The notes: a model not told the origin generated them from the sequence alone. Shown: positions 1 to 10,097, counted from the stretch's first letter. The stretch is DNA of 64,000 nucleotides from Pseudomonadota bacterium (GCA_009786025.1 WQUA01000001.1:32076-96075); one strand, 5' to 3'. A program made the numbers and translations.

Positions 1-195
1 CGGAAACGGCCTTACGTCATCATGATCAAGTGGAAACAATACGAAGCAGCGGTGATCATCGATATTACCAAAAGATGATTCAAGCGCGACGACGGTGAGC
101 TGCAAGGATCAGCGAAGCATGTATCCCTTCCGATCTCTGGAAGTAAGCACTCGAATATCTGCGTTTCAGGCGATATAGCCTTCTTCGCAGATCAG

Positions 196-1029
196 TCAAA
201 TTTCGATGTTGTCGATCAATCGTGTCGTTCCCAGGCGGGCAGCGGCAAGGACAACCAGCGGCTCATCCGGCTGCTGCGGCGCTTGCAGGTCGGCGCGGCG
301 GCGCACTGTCAGATAATCAGGCTTCCAGCCATGCAACTCCAGTTCAGCGAGCGCGGCGGCTTCAAGGCGGGTAAAATCGCGCGCGCCATTGCGTACTGCC
401 TCAACAACAGTAGAGAGTTGTCGGTACAAGCGCGGTGCTTCGGCGCGTTCAGTCGCGGACAGATAGCTGTTGCGCGAAGATTGTGCCAGCCCGTCGGCAG
501 CGCGGATTGTGTCCAGCGCGACGACCTCGATGGGTAGCGCCAGTTCGCGCACCATGTTTTTCAGTACAAGGAACTGTTGATAGTCTTTTTTGCCGAACAG
601 GGCGACGTCGGGCTGGACGATGTTGAGGAGTTTGAGCACGACAGTCGCTACGCCCTGGAAATGACCGGGGCGGAAAGCGCCTTCAAGAACGGAGGCGAGT
701 TCCGGATCGGGAGTGACGTAATAATGCTGTGGCTGCGGATACATCTGCATTTCATCCGGGGCGAACAGGAGATCGACGCCAGCAGCAATAAGTTTCTCGC
801 AATCGGCCTCAAAAGTGCGCGGATATTTGTCGAAGTCCTCGCCTTGGCCGAACTGCAGGCGGTTGACGAAAATACTGGCGATGACGGCGCCGATGTTGGC
901 ATGTTTGCGGGCGGCGCGCATGAGGGCAATATGCCCGTCGTGCAGATTGCCCATCGTGGGAACAAGCGCGACTCGCTCGGCGTGGGCACGTGCGGCGCGC
1001 AGGGCAGCGAGGGAGGTGTGTATCTGCAT
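196..1029 (-). CDS. panC: pantoate--beta-alanine ligase (pantothenate synthetase)
   Basis: Track ORF 196..1182. It carries the VPTMGNLHDGH and FGKKDYQQ signatures of PanC. I trimmed the start to the ATG at 1029 (MQIHTSL) because the 51 upstream codons overlap panB. The gene lies 16 nt downstream of panB. Confidence 0.9.
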   Translation of the reverse strand: MQIHTSLAALRAARAHAERVALVPTMGNLHDGHIALMRAARKHANIGAVIASIFVNRLQFGQGEDFDKYPRTFEADCEKLIAAGVDLLFAPDEMQMYPQPQHYYVTPDPELASVLEGAFRPGHFQGVATVVLKLLNIVQPDVALFGKKDYQQFLVLKNMVRELALPIEVVALDTIRAADGLAQSSRNSYLSATERAEAPRLYRQLSTVVEAVRNGARDFTRLEAAALAELELHGWKPDYLTVRRRADLQAPQQPDEPLVVLAAARLGTTRLIDNIEI

Positions 1030-1045
1030 ACTTCGTTGTTCTTGC

Positions 1046-1861
1046 TTAATAACAATGTTCCGCTGCCGGAAAGCTGCCGTTCTTAACCGAAGCGACGTAA
1101 GCCGCGACGGCTTCGTCGATGGTAGCGACTCCTTGCATGAAATTGCGCACAAAGCGCGCCGTCTTGTCGGGAAAAACGCCAAGCATGTCGTGCATCACCA
1201 AGACCTGCCCGTCGCATTGCGGCCCCGCGCCGATGCCGATGGTGGCCATCGTCGTCAGCGAGGCAGTGATTTCTCCGGCCAGCGCAGGGGGAATCATCTC
1301 CATCACAAGCAAGGCCGCGCCTGCCTGCTCCAGCGCCAGCGCGTCGGCCTTGAGACGGGCTGCTCCGGCATCGTCGCGTCCCTGCACGCGATACCCGCCC
1401 AACTGGTGTACTGACTGCGGCGTCAGGCCGATGTGAGCGCAGACCGGCACACCGCGCGCGACCAGAAAGCGCACAGTCTCGGCCATGATCTCGCCGCCTT
1501 CGAGTTTCACCATCTGCGCACCTGCAGCCATCAGGCGGGCGGCGCTGCGCATGGCTTGAGCGGGGCTTTCCTGGTAGCTGCCGAAAGGCAGATCGCTCAG
1601 GACGAACGCACGTTTCGCGCCCCGGCACACGCATTCGGTGTGATAAACCATATGATCGAGCGTGACGGGCAACGTACTTTTTTGCCCCTGAATCGTGTTG
1701 CCGAGCGAATCCCCGACCATGATGGCATCGACGCCGCAATGGTCGAGCAGCGCAGCAAAACTGGCATCATAGCAGGTCAGTATGGCGATCTTGCGGCCTT
1801 CGGCGCGCATCTTGCCTAATTCTGTCAGGGTGACGGGCTTTTCATTCTGGAGGTAATTCAT
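1046..1861 (-). CDS. panB: 3-methyl-2-oxobutanoate hydroxymethyltransferase
   Basis: Track ORF 1046..1915. The sequence is PanB-like throughout ([23 protein letters not shown]). I trimmed the start to the ATG at 1861 (MNYLQNEKP). Confidence 0.9.
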   Translation of the reverse strand: MNYLQNEKPVTLTELGKMRAEGRKIAILTCYDASFAALLDHCGVDAIMVGDSLGNTIQGQKSTLPVTLDHMVYHTECVCRGAKRAFVLSDLPFGSYQESPAQAMRSAARLMAAGAQMVKLEGGEIMAETVRFLVARGVPVCAHIGLTPQSVHQLGGYRVQGRDDAGAARLKADALALEQAGAALLVMEMIPPALAGEITASLTTMATIGIGAGPQCDGQVLVMHDMLGVFPDKTARFVRNFMQGVATIDEAVAAYVASVKNGSFPAAEHCY

Positions 1862-2256
1862 AGCGTTATTCCTCTTCGAGGGGGGCAGTTTCGGGCAAAA
1901 CGGAAAGATGTGCAAGTGGGTGGGGTGGAAGCAGGTTATCCCTTTTGCGTGAAGCTCAGAATCTCCGGCGGTATTGACGGCCTATTTTTCCATTTCTTGC
2001 GTCGTATCTGATCAGAATTTGTTCTCGCGGTTGCATTCTGTGTCGGCGTTGGGATGTGTTGCGCTTCAGGTATTTCTTTCTCAGCGGCCTTTTCTCAGTT
2101 GCCAAATAGCATTGGTATTTTGCTCAGTCCGGCAGTACCATAGACACCCATGACAATAACCGTCACCCGCATCATACTGCTGACGCCGACGCCGATTCGG
2201 GCGGCAGGAGGTTTCAGCTTGCCCAGAATGGATGATTCGATTAAAGCCATTTGTCT

Positions 2257-2721
2257 ATGATCATTCGCAGAGCTACAACCCAAGACGCACCTCAAGTTGC
2301 TGAAATGGTGGGTGAATTGCTTAATGAAATCATGGACACGATTGGTGTTCAAGCATTTAACTTTGATCTTCCCACGACAACTCATCGTCTTATCGATTTC
2401 ATCAGACAAGAGAAATATTTTGTTTTTGCCGCTTGGGATGAAGCTTCGCCGGTTGGGTTCATTACGCTTCATGAAAGTTATGCGCTGTATGCAGAAGGCG
2501 CTTTTGGCTCTATTCCTGAGCTTTATGTTCGCCCCCAGTATCGTTCAAAACAGATAGGATTTCAGCTCCTTTCCCTAGCAAAAGCTTTTGGCCAATCACG
2601 CAACTGGACGCGTTTAGAAGTAACGACACCGCCGCTTCCTCAGTTCGATAAGACGCTGGCTTTTTACGAGCGTGAGGGGTTTTCTATCAGTGGAGGCTGT
2701 AAGCTCAAGGTGTCGCTCTGA
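2257..2721 (+). CDS. GNAT family N-acetyltransferase
   Basis: Track ORF 2251..2721 starts at TTG, with an ATG at 2257 (MIIRRATTQDA). It has a GNAT-type acetyl-CoA motif (VRPQYRSKQIGFQLL) and a C-terminal FYEREGF. The region is visibly AT-richer than its flanks. Confidence 0.75.
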   Translation: MIIRRATTQDAPQVAEMVGELLNEIMDTIGVQAFNFDLPTTTHRLIDFIRQEKYFVFAAWDEASPVGFITLHESYALYAEGAFGSIPELYVRPQYRSKQIGFQLLSLAKAFGQSRNWTRLEVTTPPLPQFDKTLAFYEREGFSISGGCKLKVSL

Positions 2722-2828
2722 TGTAGGCTTTGCCATGAACTACTGCCAGGTTTGCGTTGCGTTTCAACCTGGCCTATGTGCTGGATAGCCAGTTGCGCGA
2801 AAATTTGCTTCGGCGAGCTCATGTTTTT

Positions 2829-3356
2829 TCAGAGGCCTAACTGTTTCATCACGGTCGTTGATATTGGTATGTCGATTGTTGCGAGACGCTCCAGTAAATG
2901 CCCGCTCGGGAAAACCGTAACTGCTTTCCCCGTTAGGCGACGGTTGCACAAGCCGAAACGGTGCCGCGTTGTCGGCGCCGACGCCGATATTTCGAGGCTC
3001 GCCGAAAGGGTAGCAATGATGACATTCATGCTGCGCTTGAGATGGCGGTACACATGGAGGCCTTTGGTGTCCAATTCATCGTTGGTCAAGCGAAGTACAA
3101 AGCCGTTCAAACCATTCTGTAGCTGTTTGACGGGTACGGCACCTTCAAAACAGGTCCATTGCCACTGATGGCTGTTTCTTTCGCTCAGAAACCTGTAGGC
3201 AGATACGGCCACTCTTGTGTTGACAGGCAGATCGGTTGTTAACGATAGACAAAGCGCATCGTCTTCGCAGGCAACTGACAGATCAAAAACATCGCAAGTA
3301 CATGGCTTACCGCGCTCATTGGGGCGGGTCTGTTCACGAGATTGTTTGTTGCCCAT
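2829..3356 (-). CDS. hypothetical protein (175 aa, no recognisable motif)
   Basis: Intact ATG-started ORF in an AT-richer islet, convergent with the GNAT gene. I see no signal peptide or TM segment and recognise no family. Confidence 0.45.
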   Translation of the reverse strand: MGNKQSREQTRPNERGKPCTCDVFDLSVACEDDALCLSLTTDLPVNTRVAVSAYRFLSERNSHQWQWTCFEGAVPVKQLQNGLNGFVLRLTNDELDTKGLHVYRHLKRSMNVIIATLSASLEISASAPTTRHRFGLCNRRLTGKAVTVFPSGHLLERLATIDIPISTTVMKQLGL

Positions 3357-3500
3357 GTTCGTGAAAGAAAATCAAGTTGCTTGTTTTGAATGTCTTGTCA
3401 GGTACAAGGTTATGCCTCATTGAATCTTGTCCAAGCTATTTGACGATGCCTGATGATTTCGTTCGTTTAAAAAACATTCTACGCTATCTCTTACTAAAGT

Positions 3501-3528
3501 AAAAAGGCTGCCCGCAGGCAGCCTTTTT
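3501..3528 (-). terminator. bidirectional intrinsic terminator after rne
   Basis: AAAAAGGCTGCC-cgca-GGCAGCCTTTTT: a perfect GC stem flanked by A5 and T5, 18 nt beyond the rne stop. Confidence 0.75.
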
Positions 3529-3545
3529 CTCGATCAACCGGGAGG

Positions 3546-6287
3546 TTAATCCTTATGCGCTGTTTCCACCATCTGCAGCGGCTCTTCCTGAACGGCGGCG
3601 CGCGGCGGGCGTACGCGTTTCGGGCGCGGCGTTTCGGTATCTTGCGGCTCAGGAGCCGGAGCAGGGTGGCGGGTTTCGACCAATTCCAATCCGGCGCTGA
3701 CCAGGTCAGGAGTGTAAGAAGGCGCTACCGGCGGTGTAGCTTTCTTTCGTGGCGTTTCCGCTACTACCGTCGCGATAGGTTCCATCAGTTCAGCAGCAAC
3801 AGCCATTTTTTTAAGCGCAGGCGTTTCCGCGACCGGCGCTTCCGGTACGCGCGGGGACGGCGGCGTGAAAAGATCGCTCACAGGTTCGCTTGCAGGGTTT
3901 GAGGCGACGCCCATAACAGAGGCAGCAGGTTGTTGCGACGGCACGGATTGAACGGTCGGCGTTGTTTCGGGTTCAACGACGAACTCGAAGAACGGCTCTG
4001 CTTCTTCACGGGCTGTATTTTCCTGGTGACGGCCAGAGCCACGACCACCGCGACGATGGCGCTTGCCACGTTCGCGTTGCTCGCCGCTTTTTTCAGTGGT
4101 GGGCGTTTCGAGCGCAGCGCCGACGACCAGAACCGGCGCTTCCGTTTCCACAATAGTTTCCTGTTGCGCTGGCGACCGGCGGCGCGACTCTTCCTGCGTT
4201 TGACGACGACGCTCGTTATCTTGCGGTTTGTTTTGCCGCGCTTCATCGCGTTCGCGCGTTGATGTCGCTGTTTCTTGAGCGGCTTTGCGCGTTTGCGCTG
4301 CTGCACCGCGCTCCTGGCGCGAGTCGTTTTGCTTTTCGCTATCGCGCTTTTCGTTGTCGCGGCGGCGTTCTTGTTGTGGGCGCTCGGCTTTACTGCTGCG
4401 TTCGTTTTTGTCGGAGCGTTCGCGGTTTTCATTCTGGCGGTTTTCGCCCTGCCGCTTTTGGCGCTCGTCTTTGTCACTGCGCTCATTGCGATTACTGCGC
4501 TCGTTGCGTCCGCTGCCGCGACGCTCGCTGCGGTTACGCTCGTCGCTACGGCCACCGTCATGGCGACGGTTGTCCTGACGTTTACCGGCGTTTCTCGCAG
4601 GCTCTGCTGCTTCCGGTTCTTTCTTGAACCAGGCGAGCACACGTGAGAACCACGAGGGTTCGGGAGTTGGCTCCTTGGGCATCGGCGCCACGGTGGCCGG
4701 GGTGATGCCTTTAACGACGGCTTCCTGGCGTAACTCCTTGGCCTCTTCTTTTTTCTCTCTGGCAATGTCCGGCACTTCGGGTTTTTCGGCGAGCTCGAAC
4801 GAAGCGGGCATCGCGTCGCCCTGATTCAGATCATCGTGGCGCAGTCGCTCGATCGAGAAATTCGGTGTTTCGAGGTGGCGGTTCGGCACCAGCAGTACAT
4901 TCACACGGAAGCGAGCTTCAATGGCGAACACGTCATTGCGTTTTTCGTTGAGCAGAAAGGTGGCGACTTCGACAGGTACTTGCGCGACGATTTGCGCCGT
5001 GCTGTCTTTCATCGCTTCCTCTTGCAGAATACGCAGGATGTGCAACGCTGTCGATTCGGTGCCACGAATATGGCCGATGCCGTGACAACGCGGGCAGGGC
5101 ATGTGCGCTGATTCGGCAAGTGCCGGACGCAGTCGCTGCCGCGACAACTCCAGTAGGCCGAAGCGCGAAATCTTGCTGATTTGCACGCGAGCGCGATCAT
5201 AGCGCAGCGCTTCATGCAGGCGCTCCTCGATAGCGCGTTGGTTCTTCGGGCTTTCCATGTCGATGAAGTCGATGACGATCAGTCCGCCAAGGTCGCGTAA
5301 GCGTAACTGACGAGCCACTTCGTCAACCGCTTCGAGGTTGGTTTGCAGTGCGGTGGCCTCAATGTCGGAGCCACGCGTGGCGCGCGCCGAGTTGACGTCA
5401 ACAGCGACCAGTGCTTCGGTATGATCAATGACGATGGCGCCGCCGGAAGGCAGCGGCACTTGCCGGCCATAGGCAGTTTCGATCTGGTGTTCGATCTGGA
5501 AGCGCGAAAACAACGGCACATCGTCGCGATAGAGCTTTACGCGCTGCACATTGTTGGGCATGACGTGCCCCATGAATTGCTGCGCCTGCTCGAAGACGGC
5601 CTCGGTGTCGATCAGAATTTCGCCGATGTCGGGGTGAAAATAATCACGGATGGCACGGATCACCAGCGACGATTCCTGATAAATCAGGTAAGCACCTTTC
5701 TGTAACTTCGCGGCGTCTTCGATGGCAGTCCACAGTTGCAACAAGTAATTGAGGTCCCATTGCAGCTCTTCCTGCGAGCGGCCGATACCGGCGGTACGGG
5801 CGATGGTGCTCATGCCACGCGGAACATCGAGCTGATTGAGCGTTTCGCGCAGTTCGTTGCGCTCTTCGCCTTCAATACGGCGCGAAACGCCGCCGCCGCG
5901 CGGGTTGTTGGGCATCAGAACGAGATAACGTCCAGCCAGCGAAATGTAAGTGGTAAGCGCTGCGCCTTTGTTGCCGCGCTCGTCTTTATCGACCTGAATG
6001 ATGATTTCCTGGCCTTCGCGCAGGATGTCCTGGATACGGCCTTCATGAGTGCCGAGCGACTGGCGCGAAATTTCCTTAAAGGGCAAAAAGCCGTGGCGAT
6101 CGGTTCCGTAATCGACAAAGCACGCTTCCAACGAAGGCTCGATCCGGGTGACGATGCCTTTGTAGATGTTCGATTTCCGTTGTTCTTTGGAGGCCGACTC
6201 AATGTCGAGGTCGATGAGTTTTTGCCCGTCGACGATAGCAACCCGCAGCTCTTCTGCCTGGGTCGCGTTGAATAACATTCTTTTCAT
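3546..6287 (-). CDS. rne: ribonuclease E
   Basis: Track ORF 3546..6296 starts at TTG. The ATG at 6287 gives MKRMLFNATQAEELRVAIVDG, the canonical RNase E N-terminus. S1 and catalytic regions are present (e.g. VIDFIDM). The long Arg/Glu/Ser-rich C-terminal half is typical of a degradosome scaffold. Confidence 0.95.
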   Translation of the reverse strand: MKRMLFNATQAEELRVAIVDGQKLIDLDIESASKEQRKSNIYKGIVTRIEPSLEACFVDYGTDRHGFLPFKEISRQSLGTHEGRIQDILREGQEIIIQVDKDERGNKGAALTTYISLAGRYLVLMPNNPRGGGVSRRIEGEERNELRETLNQLDVPRGMSTIARTAGIGRSQEELQWDLNYLLQLWTAIEDAAKLQKGAYLIYQESSLVIRAIRDYFHPDIGEILIDTEAVFEQAQQFMGHVMPNNVQRVKLYRDDVPLFSRFQIEHQIETAYGRQVPLPSGGAIVIDHTEALVAVDVNSARATRGSDIEATALQTNLEAVDEVARQLRLRDLGGLIVIDFIDMESPKNQRAIEERLHEALRYDRARVQISKISRFGLLELSRQRLRPALAESAHMPCPRCHGIGHIRGTESTALHILRILQEEAMKDSTAQIVAQVPVEVATFLLNEKRNDVFAIEARFRVNVLLVPNRHLETPNFSIERLRHDDLNQGDAMPASFELAEKPEVPDIAREKKEEAKELRQEAVVKGITPATVAPMPKEPTPEPSWFSRVLAWFKKEPEAAEPARNAGKRQDNRRHDGGRSDERNRSERRGSGRNERSNRNERSDKDERQKRQGENRQNENRERSDKNERSSKAERPQQERRRDNEKRDSEKQNDSRQERGAAAQTRKAAQETATSTRERDEARQNKPQDNERRRQTQEESRRRSPAQQETIVETEAPVLVVGAALETPTTEKSGEQRERGKRHRRGGRGSGRHQENTAREEAEPFFEFVVEPETTPTVQSVPSQQPAASVMGVASNPASEPVSDLFTPPSPRVPEAPVAETPALKKMAVAAELMEPIATVVAETPRKKATPPVAPSYTPDLVSAGLELVETRHPAPAPEPQDTETPRPKRVRPPRAAVQEEPLQMVETAHKD

Positions 6288-7119
6288 AGTGTTCAATCCG
6301 TTAGTGCGCTTCGCACACCAGGGCGGACAACAGACTCGCAGCGCTTTTTACTGTTCTGTAAGCAGGCTGCGGGATCAGGCGCGGCACGACTGTCCGGCGG
6401 TCAGCACCGGAGTCAGAGGTGAGACAAGACGCCGAAACCGCGCACAAGCGCGTTCGGCAGACGATGGGGGCGGCAAATCGGTAAAAAACTTCATCGTTCG
6501 TACAACCGATCATCGTCCTTGCGGGACGGCGTCCTTTTCGTTCATCAAGCGCTCCGCAGAACGGAGTGCGCGGGCGATGCCGTCGATTGCCTCACAACCG
6601 GCAACTTCGTGGCCGCTGTAGCCGCTCTTTCGAGCGCGGACAGCATCGCAGCCTTGTATCTCTCATGCCGCACATAATTCGCTGTGACCGAAACCTCGGC
6701 GCGAAAATGCGCGTATTAAATCTTTTCCCCGAAAGCCTTTCGGACGGGCAGACGATGCGGGCTTTGGGCTTTGCGGGGCTACGTCCCTGCGGTCATGGCG
6801 GCGACACCTTCGTGTCGTCTGTCTGCAGCATGACCCGGCTTCTGACATCCCATCCACTCCGGCATTTGCGGAGTTTCGCAAAGAATCCTGACGCACCGAC
6901 TGGCACTGCTCCAAGGCTTCCTTTAAGATCGCTACTTTGCGTCCGGCATCCGGAACTTCCGGGGCGGGATGCGCGGCGCGCGACGTCACCGCAACCGTTC
7001 GGCATGGCGTGGGCAGACAAATTCGACAGGGAAATCCGGTTTTTTCGTCCGATTTTTCCGCGAGGGGTGGCGGATAATATCTACAATCCGCTTTCTGCCG
7101 TCGTTCGCTGCATCCTGCG
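6288..7119. promoter_or_regulatory. long rne leader plus divergent rne/rluC promoter region
   Basis: About 830 bp with no credible ORF, between divergent rne and rluC. It contains many short GC hairpins: GTGCGcttCGCAC at ~6304, CTCCGcagaaCGGAG at ~6552 and CCGAAAGcctTTCGG at ~6729. RNase E genes classically carry long autoregulatory 5' UTRs. Confidence 0.35.
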
Positions 7120-7149
7120 ATGCCGGGGTCAACCGATGATTATATAGGA

Positions 7150-8127
7150 ATGAAGGACTTAAGCAAGAAGTTTGTGAAACATCAGGAAATCGATGAAACC
7201 GCTGCCGGGCAGCGGCTCGACAATTTCCTGATGAAAACGCTGAAGGGCGTTCCGCAAAGCCATATTTATCGAATTGTGCGGTCGGGTGAGGTGCGGGTCA
7301 ACGGCGGGCGAGCGCAGCCATCAGACCACTTGGCGGCGGGTGATATCGTCCGTATCCCGCCGCTGCGGCTGCCGACGCGGGTTGAAGAAGCCCTTCCTTC
7401 GGTTGTGCCGCGCGGTATCGGTGCTTTGCCGGTGCTGTTCGAGGACGAATGGCTGCTGGCGGTGGACAAACCCGCCGGGCTGGCGGTGCACGGCGGCAGT
7501 GGTGTGTCGTTTGGAGTCATCGAGCAGCTACGAGCGCAACGTCCTGAGTTGCGCTTTCTGGAACTGGCGCATCGGCTCGACCGGGAAACATCGGGTGTGC
7601 TGCTGCTGGCGAAAAAACGATCAGCTTTGACGGGATTGCATGCCGCCTGGCGTGACGGGATGGTGGACAAGCGTTATGACGTGCTGGTGCGCGGGCGTTG
7701 GCCGGATGCCAAGCGGAAGGTGCAGACGCCACTGACGCGGTTTCTGACGGCGGAAGGTGAGCGGCGGGTGCGTGCCGACAGCGGTGGGCAGGCGGCGATC
7801 ACCGTGTTTTACCGGCAACGGGTGTGGTCGGAGCTTGATCCGCCGTTATCGTTGCTGGAAGCAGAACTGCATACCGGCCGGACCCACCAGATACGGGTGC
7901 ATTTAACGCATCTGGGTTATCCGCTCGCTGGCGACGACAAATACGGCGATTTTTCCTGGAACCGGGCGCTGGCGAAGGCGGGGTTGCGCCGGATGTTTTT
8001 GCACGCGCGCAAACTGGGTTTTTCACATCCGGCGAGCGGCGAATGGCTGGAGATTGAAGCGCCGCTTTCCGAAGCGTTGCAGGCGTTTTTGGATCGTTTG
8101 CCGACAGTGCGAGACAGGGGCGAATGA
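7150..8127 (+). CDS. rluC: 23S rRNA pseudouridine synthase, RluC-like
   Basis: Track ORF 7120..8127. From the ATG at 7150 the N-terminus (MKDLSKKF..AAGQRLDNFLMKTLKGVPQSHIYRIVRSGEVRVNG) parallels E. coli RluC. It has an S4 domain, the HRLDRETSG catalytic motif, and the conserved divergent position relative to rne. Confidence 0.9.
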   Translation: MKDLSKKFVKHQEIDETAAGQRLDNFLMKTLKGVPQSHIYRIVRSGEVRVNGGRAQPSDHLAAGDIVRIPPLRLPTRVEEALPSVVPRGIGALPVLFEDEWLLAVDKPAGLAVHGGSGVSFGVIEQLRAQRPELRFLELAHRLDRETSGVLLLAKKRSALTGLHAAWRDGMVDKRYDVLVRGRWPDAKRKVQTPLTRFLTAEGERRVRADSGGQAAITVFYRQRVWSELDPPLSLLEAELHTGRTHQIRVHLTHLGYPLAGDDKYGDFSWNRALAKAGLRRMFLHARKLGFSHPASGEWLEIEAPLSEALQAFLDRLPTVRDRGE

Positions 8128-8819
8128 GGCAGGAGAAAACGGAGATGGCAGAACAAGAAGAACGATTGCGGCGCTTTCGCCTGCTGGTGTTCGATTGGGA
8201 CGGCACGGTGGTCGATTCAACGGCGCCGATCGTCAGCGCCGTGCAGACGGCGTACCGCGATCTGGGACTGGCGCCGCCCGAAGAAAGCGCGGTGCGCTAC
8301 ATCATCGGACTGGAGCTCGGTAAGGCGTTTTACACCCTTTCGCCGGATTTGCCGGAGAAAAGTACGGAAGAACTGCTGGAGCGTTACCGTTACCACTATA
8401 TGCTGGGCGATGCCGATATTCCGCTGTTCAAAGGAATAGACGTTTTGCTGGAGAGACTCAATCGGGAAAATTATTTTCTGGCTGTAGCCACCGGCAAATC
8501 GCGCAAAGGGCTGGATCGAATGCTGCGGCAGAAAGGGTTGATGCAGTGCTTCCATGCGACACGCTGTGCTGACGAGAGTTTTTCAAAACCGCACCCTGAA
8601 ATGCTGCTGTATCTGATGGATCGGCTGGGGGTAGCGCCGGAGCAGACGCTGATGATCGGTGACACCACCCACGACATTCAAATGGCGAAAAACGCTCACG
8701 CTCACGCGCTGGCAGTTTCCTATGGCGCGCACGAACACGACAATTTGCATAGAGCCCAACCGCTGGCGATTGCCGATTCCGTTGCGGCGCTGGACACTTG
8801 GCTGCTTATGCACGGATAA
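8124..8819 (+). CDS. HAD-IA family hydrolase (phosphoglycolate phosphatase-like)
   Basis: DxDxT motif (VFDWDGTVVDS) and a GDTTHD motif. The start overlaps the rluC stop in an ATGA. Confidence 0.75.
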   Translation: MRQEKTEMAEQEERLRRFRLLVFDWDGTVVDSTAPIVSAVQTAYRDLGLAPPEESAVRYIIGLELGKAFYTLSPDLPEKSTEELLERYRYHYMLGDADIPLFKGIDVLLERLNRENYFLAVATGKSRKGLDRMLRQKGLMQCFHATRCADESFSKPHPEMLLYLMDRLGVAPEQTLMIGDTTHDIQMAKNAHAHALAVSYGAHEHDNLHRAQPLAIADSVAALDTWLLMHG

Positions 8820-8885
8820 TGGCGGCGTTACGGTAACGGTAAAGCCGTGAGAACGGCGTTTTATATTGAGCAAGGAAAGACAAAG

Positions 8886-9905
8886 ATGAGTACTAACGAT
8901 CCCAATGAATCCATCTTGCACGCACAAGTGTTCGGGCAAACCGTGTCACCTGCATTACCGCCGACGACCTCCGGCGGCGATGGCCAAGCCGCCGTGCTGG
9001 AGAAAGTGACGATGGCCTTTCTGGCCGAGCAGCGCCGCGCCCGTCGCTGGCGACTCTTCTTCCGGCTGGCGACATTGGCGATCATCATTCTGCTCATCGT
9101 CGCCGGTTTCATGGACAAGAATAACAGCAGAAACTGCTCGAATGACTGTACCGCGCTGGTGCAACTGAATGGCGCCATTGCGCTCGATACCGACGCCAGC
9201 GCCGAACACATCATGTCCGCGTTGAAAAGCGCTTTTACCGCCAAACATGTTCGCGGCGTTGTTCTCGAAATCAACAGTCCCGGCGGCAGCCCGGTGCAGG
9301 CCGGTCAGATTTACGATGAAATCAAGCGGCTGCGTGAAGAATATCCGAAAATTCCGCTTTATGTTGTCGTTGGTGAAATGGCGGCGTCGGGCGGTTATTA
9401 CGTCGCGGCGGCGGCCGACGAGATTTACGTTGACAAGGCGAGCCTGGTAGGTTCCATCGGCGTGATCATGATGAACTTCGGGTTTACCGAAGCCATGCAA
9501 AAACTTGGCATTGAACAACGCACGATGACTGCCGGTAAAAACAAAGCGTTTATGGATCCTTTCAGCCCGGTCAATGAAACGCAGAAAGAGCATGTGCAAA
9601 AACTGCTCGACAGCATTCATCAGCAATTTATCGCAGCTGTGCGCAATGGTCGCGGCGAACGCTTGCGCGAAACGCCGGAAATGTTTTCAGGACTGATCTG
9701 GAACGGCGACGAAGCAGTAACGCTGGGGCTCGCCGATGGCTTGGGCTCGGTAGATTCGGTAGCGCGCGACATTATCGGTGCCGAGGATGTTTACGACTTT
9801 ACCTATCGTCCTGATTTTTCCGAACGGTTGGCGCGACAACTGGGCGTAGCGTTTGCCGAACAAGTGACGACGAAACTGGGAAGTGGCGTGCTGAAGTGGA
9901 AGTAG
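8886..9905 (+). CDS. sppA: signal peptide peptidase SppA / S49 family peptidase
   Basis: Track ORF 8847..9905 starts at GTG. The ATG at 8886 follows AGGAAAG. The protein has one N-terminal TM segment and S49 motifs (LEINSPGGS, AASGGYYVA). Confidence 0.85.
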   Translation: MSTNDPNESILHAQVFGQTVSPALPPTTSGGDGQAAVLEKVTMAFLAEQRRARRWRLFFRLATLAIIILLIVAGFMDKNNSRNCSNDCTALVQLNGAIALDTDASAEHIMSALKSAFTAKHVRGVVLEINSPGGSPVQAGQIYDEIKRLREEYPKIPLYVVVGEMAASGGYYVAAAADEIYVDKASLVGSIGVIMMNFGFTEAMQKLGIEQRTMTAGKNKAFMDPFSPVNETQKEHVQKLLDSIHQQFIAAVRNGRGERLRETPEMFSGLIWNGDEAVTLGLADGLGSVDSVARDIIGAEDVYDFTYRPDFSERLARQLGVAFAEQVTTKLGSGVLKWK

Positions 9906-9954
9906 AAGGGGCGGGTTTCAAACCCGGCTTTGCATACGAATCCTATCCTTACCC

Positions 9955-9987
9955 AAACCCTCCCTTTTGAAAGGGAGGGTTTTTTTC
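9955..9987 (+). terminator. intrinsic terminator after sppA
   Basis: CCCTCCCTTT-tga-AAAGGGAGGG followed by T7. Confidence 0.8.
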
Positions 9988-10097
9988 TCCACGCCTTCGC
10001 ATGAAATAAAAATACTGTTTCGATGTGTTGATTTTTCTGGACGCTTCGCTATGTTCGCGATGGCGGGTTCTGACCCCTGGCCCCTGGTCTCTACCGA

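Noticed and set aside
1-78. Frame-1 reading frame open from the window edge to TGA at 76-78 (..KRPYVIMIKWKQYEAAVIIDITKR), possibly the 3' end of an AT-richer gene.
   Set aside because: Only 25 codons are visible and I recognise no motif. The fragment is too short to call.
2098-2250. A 51-codon ORF (MALIESSILGKLKPP..VTVIVMGVYGTAGLSKIPMLFGN) divergent from the GNAT gene.
   Set aside because: There is no clear RBS and no recognisable family. The longer track version overlaps the GNAT start. It is mentioned only as a possibility under the islet finding.
3878-4765. Long alternative-frame ORFs (295 aa on the minus strand, and several 97-123-aa ORFs on the plus strand) inside the rne C-terminal region.
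   Set aside because: They lie entirely within the well-supported RNase E frame, in a low-complexity GC-rich stretch. Their translations are Arg/Ala/Ser-rich with no domain signature. They are typical frame artefacts.
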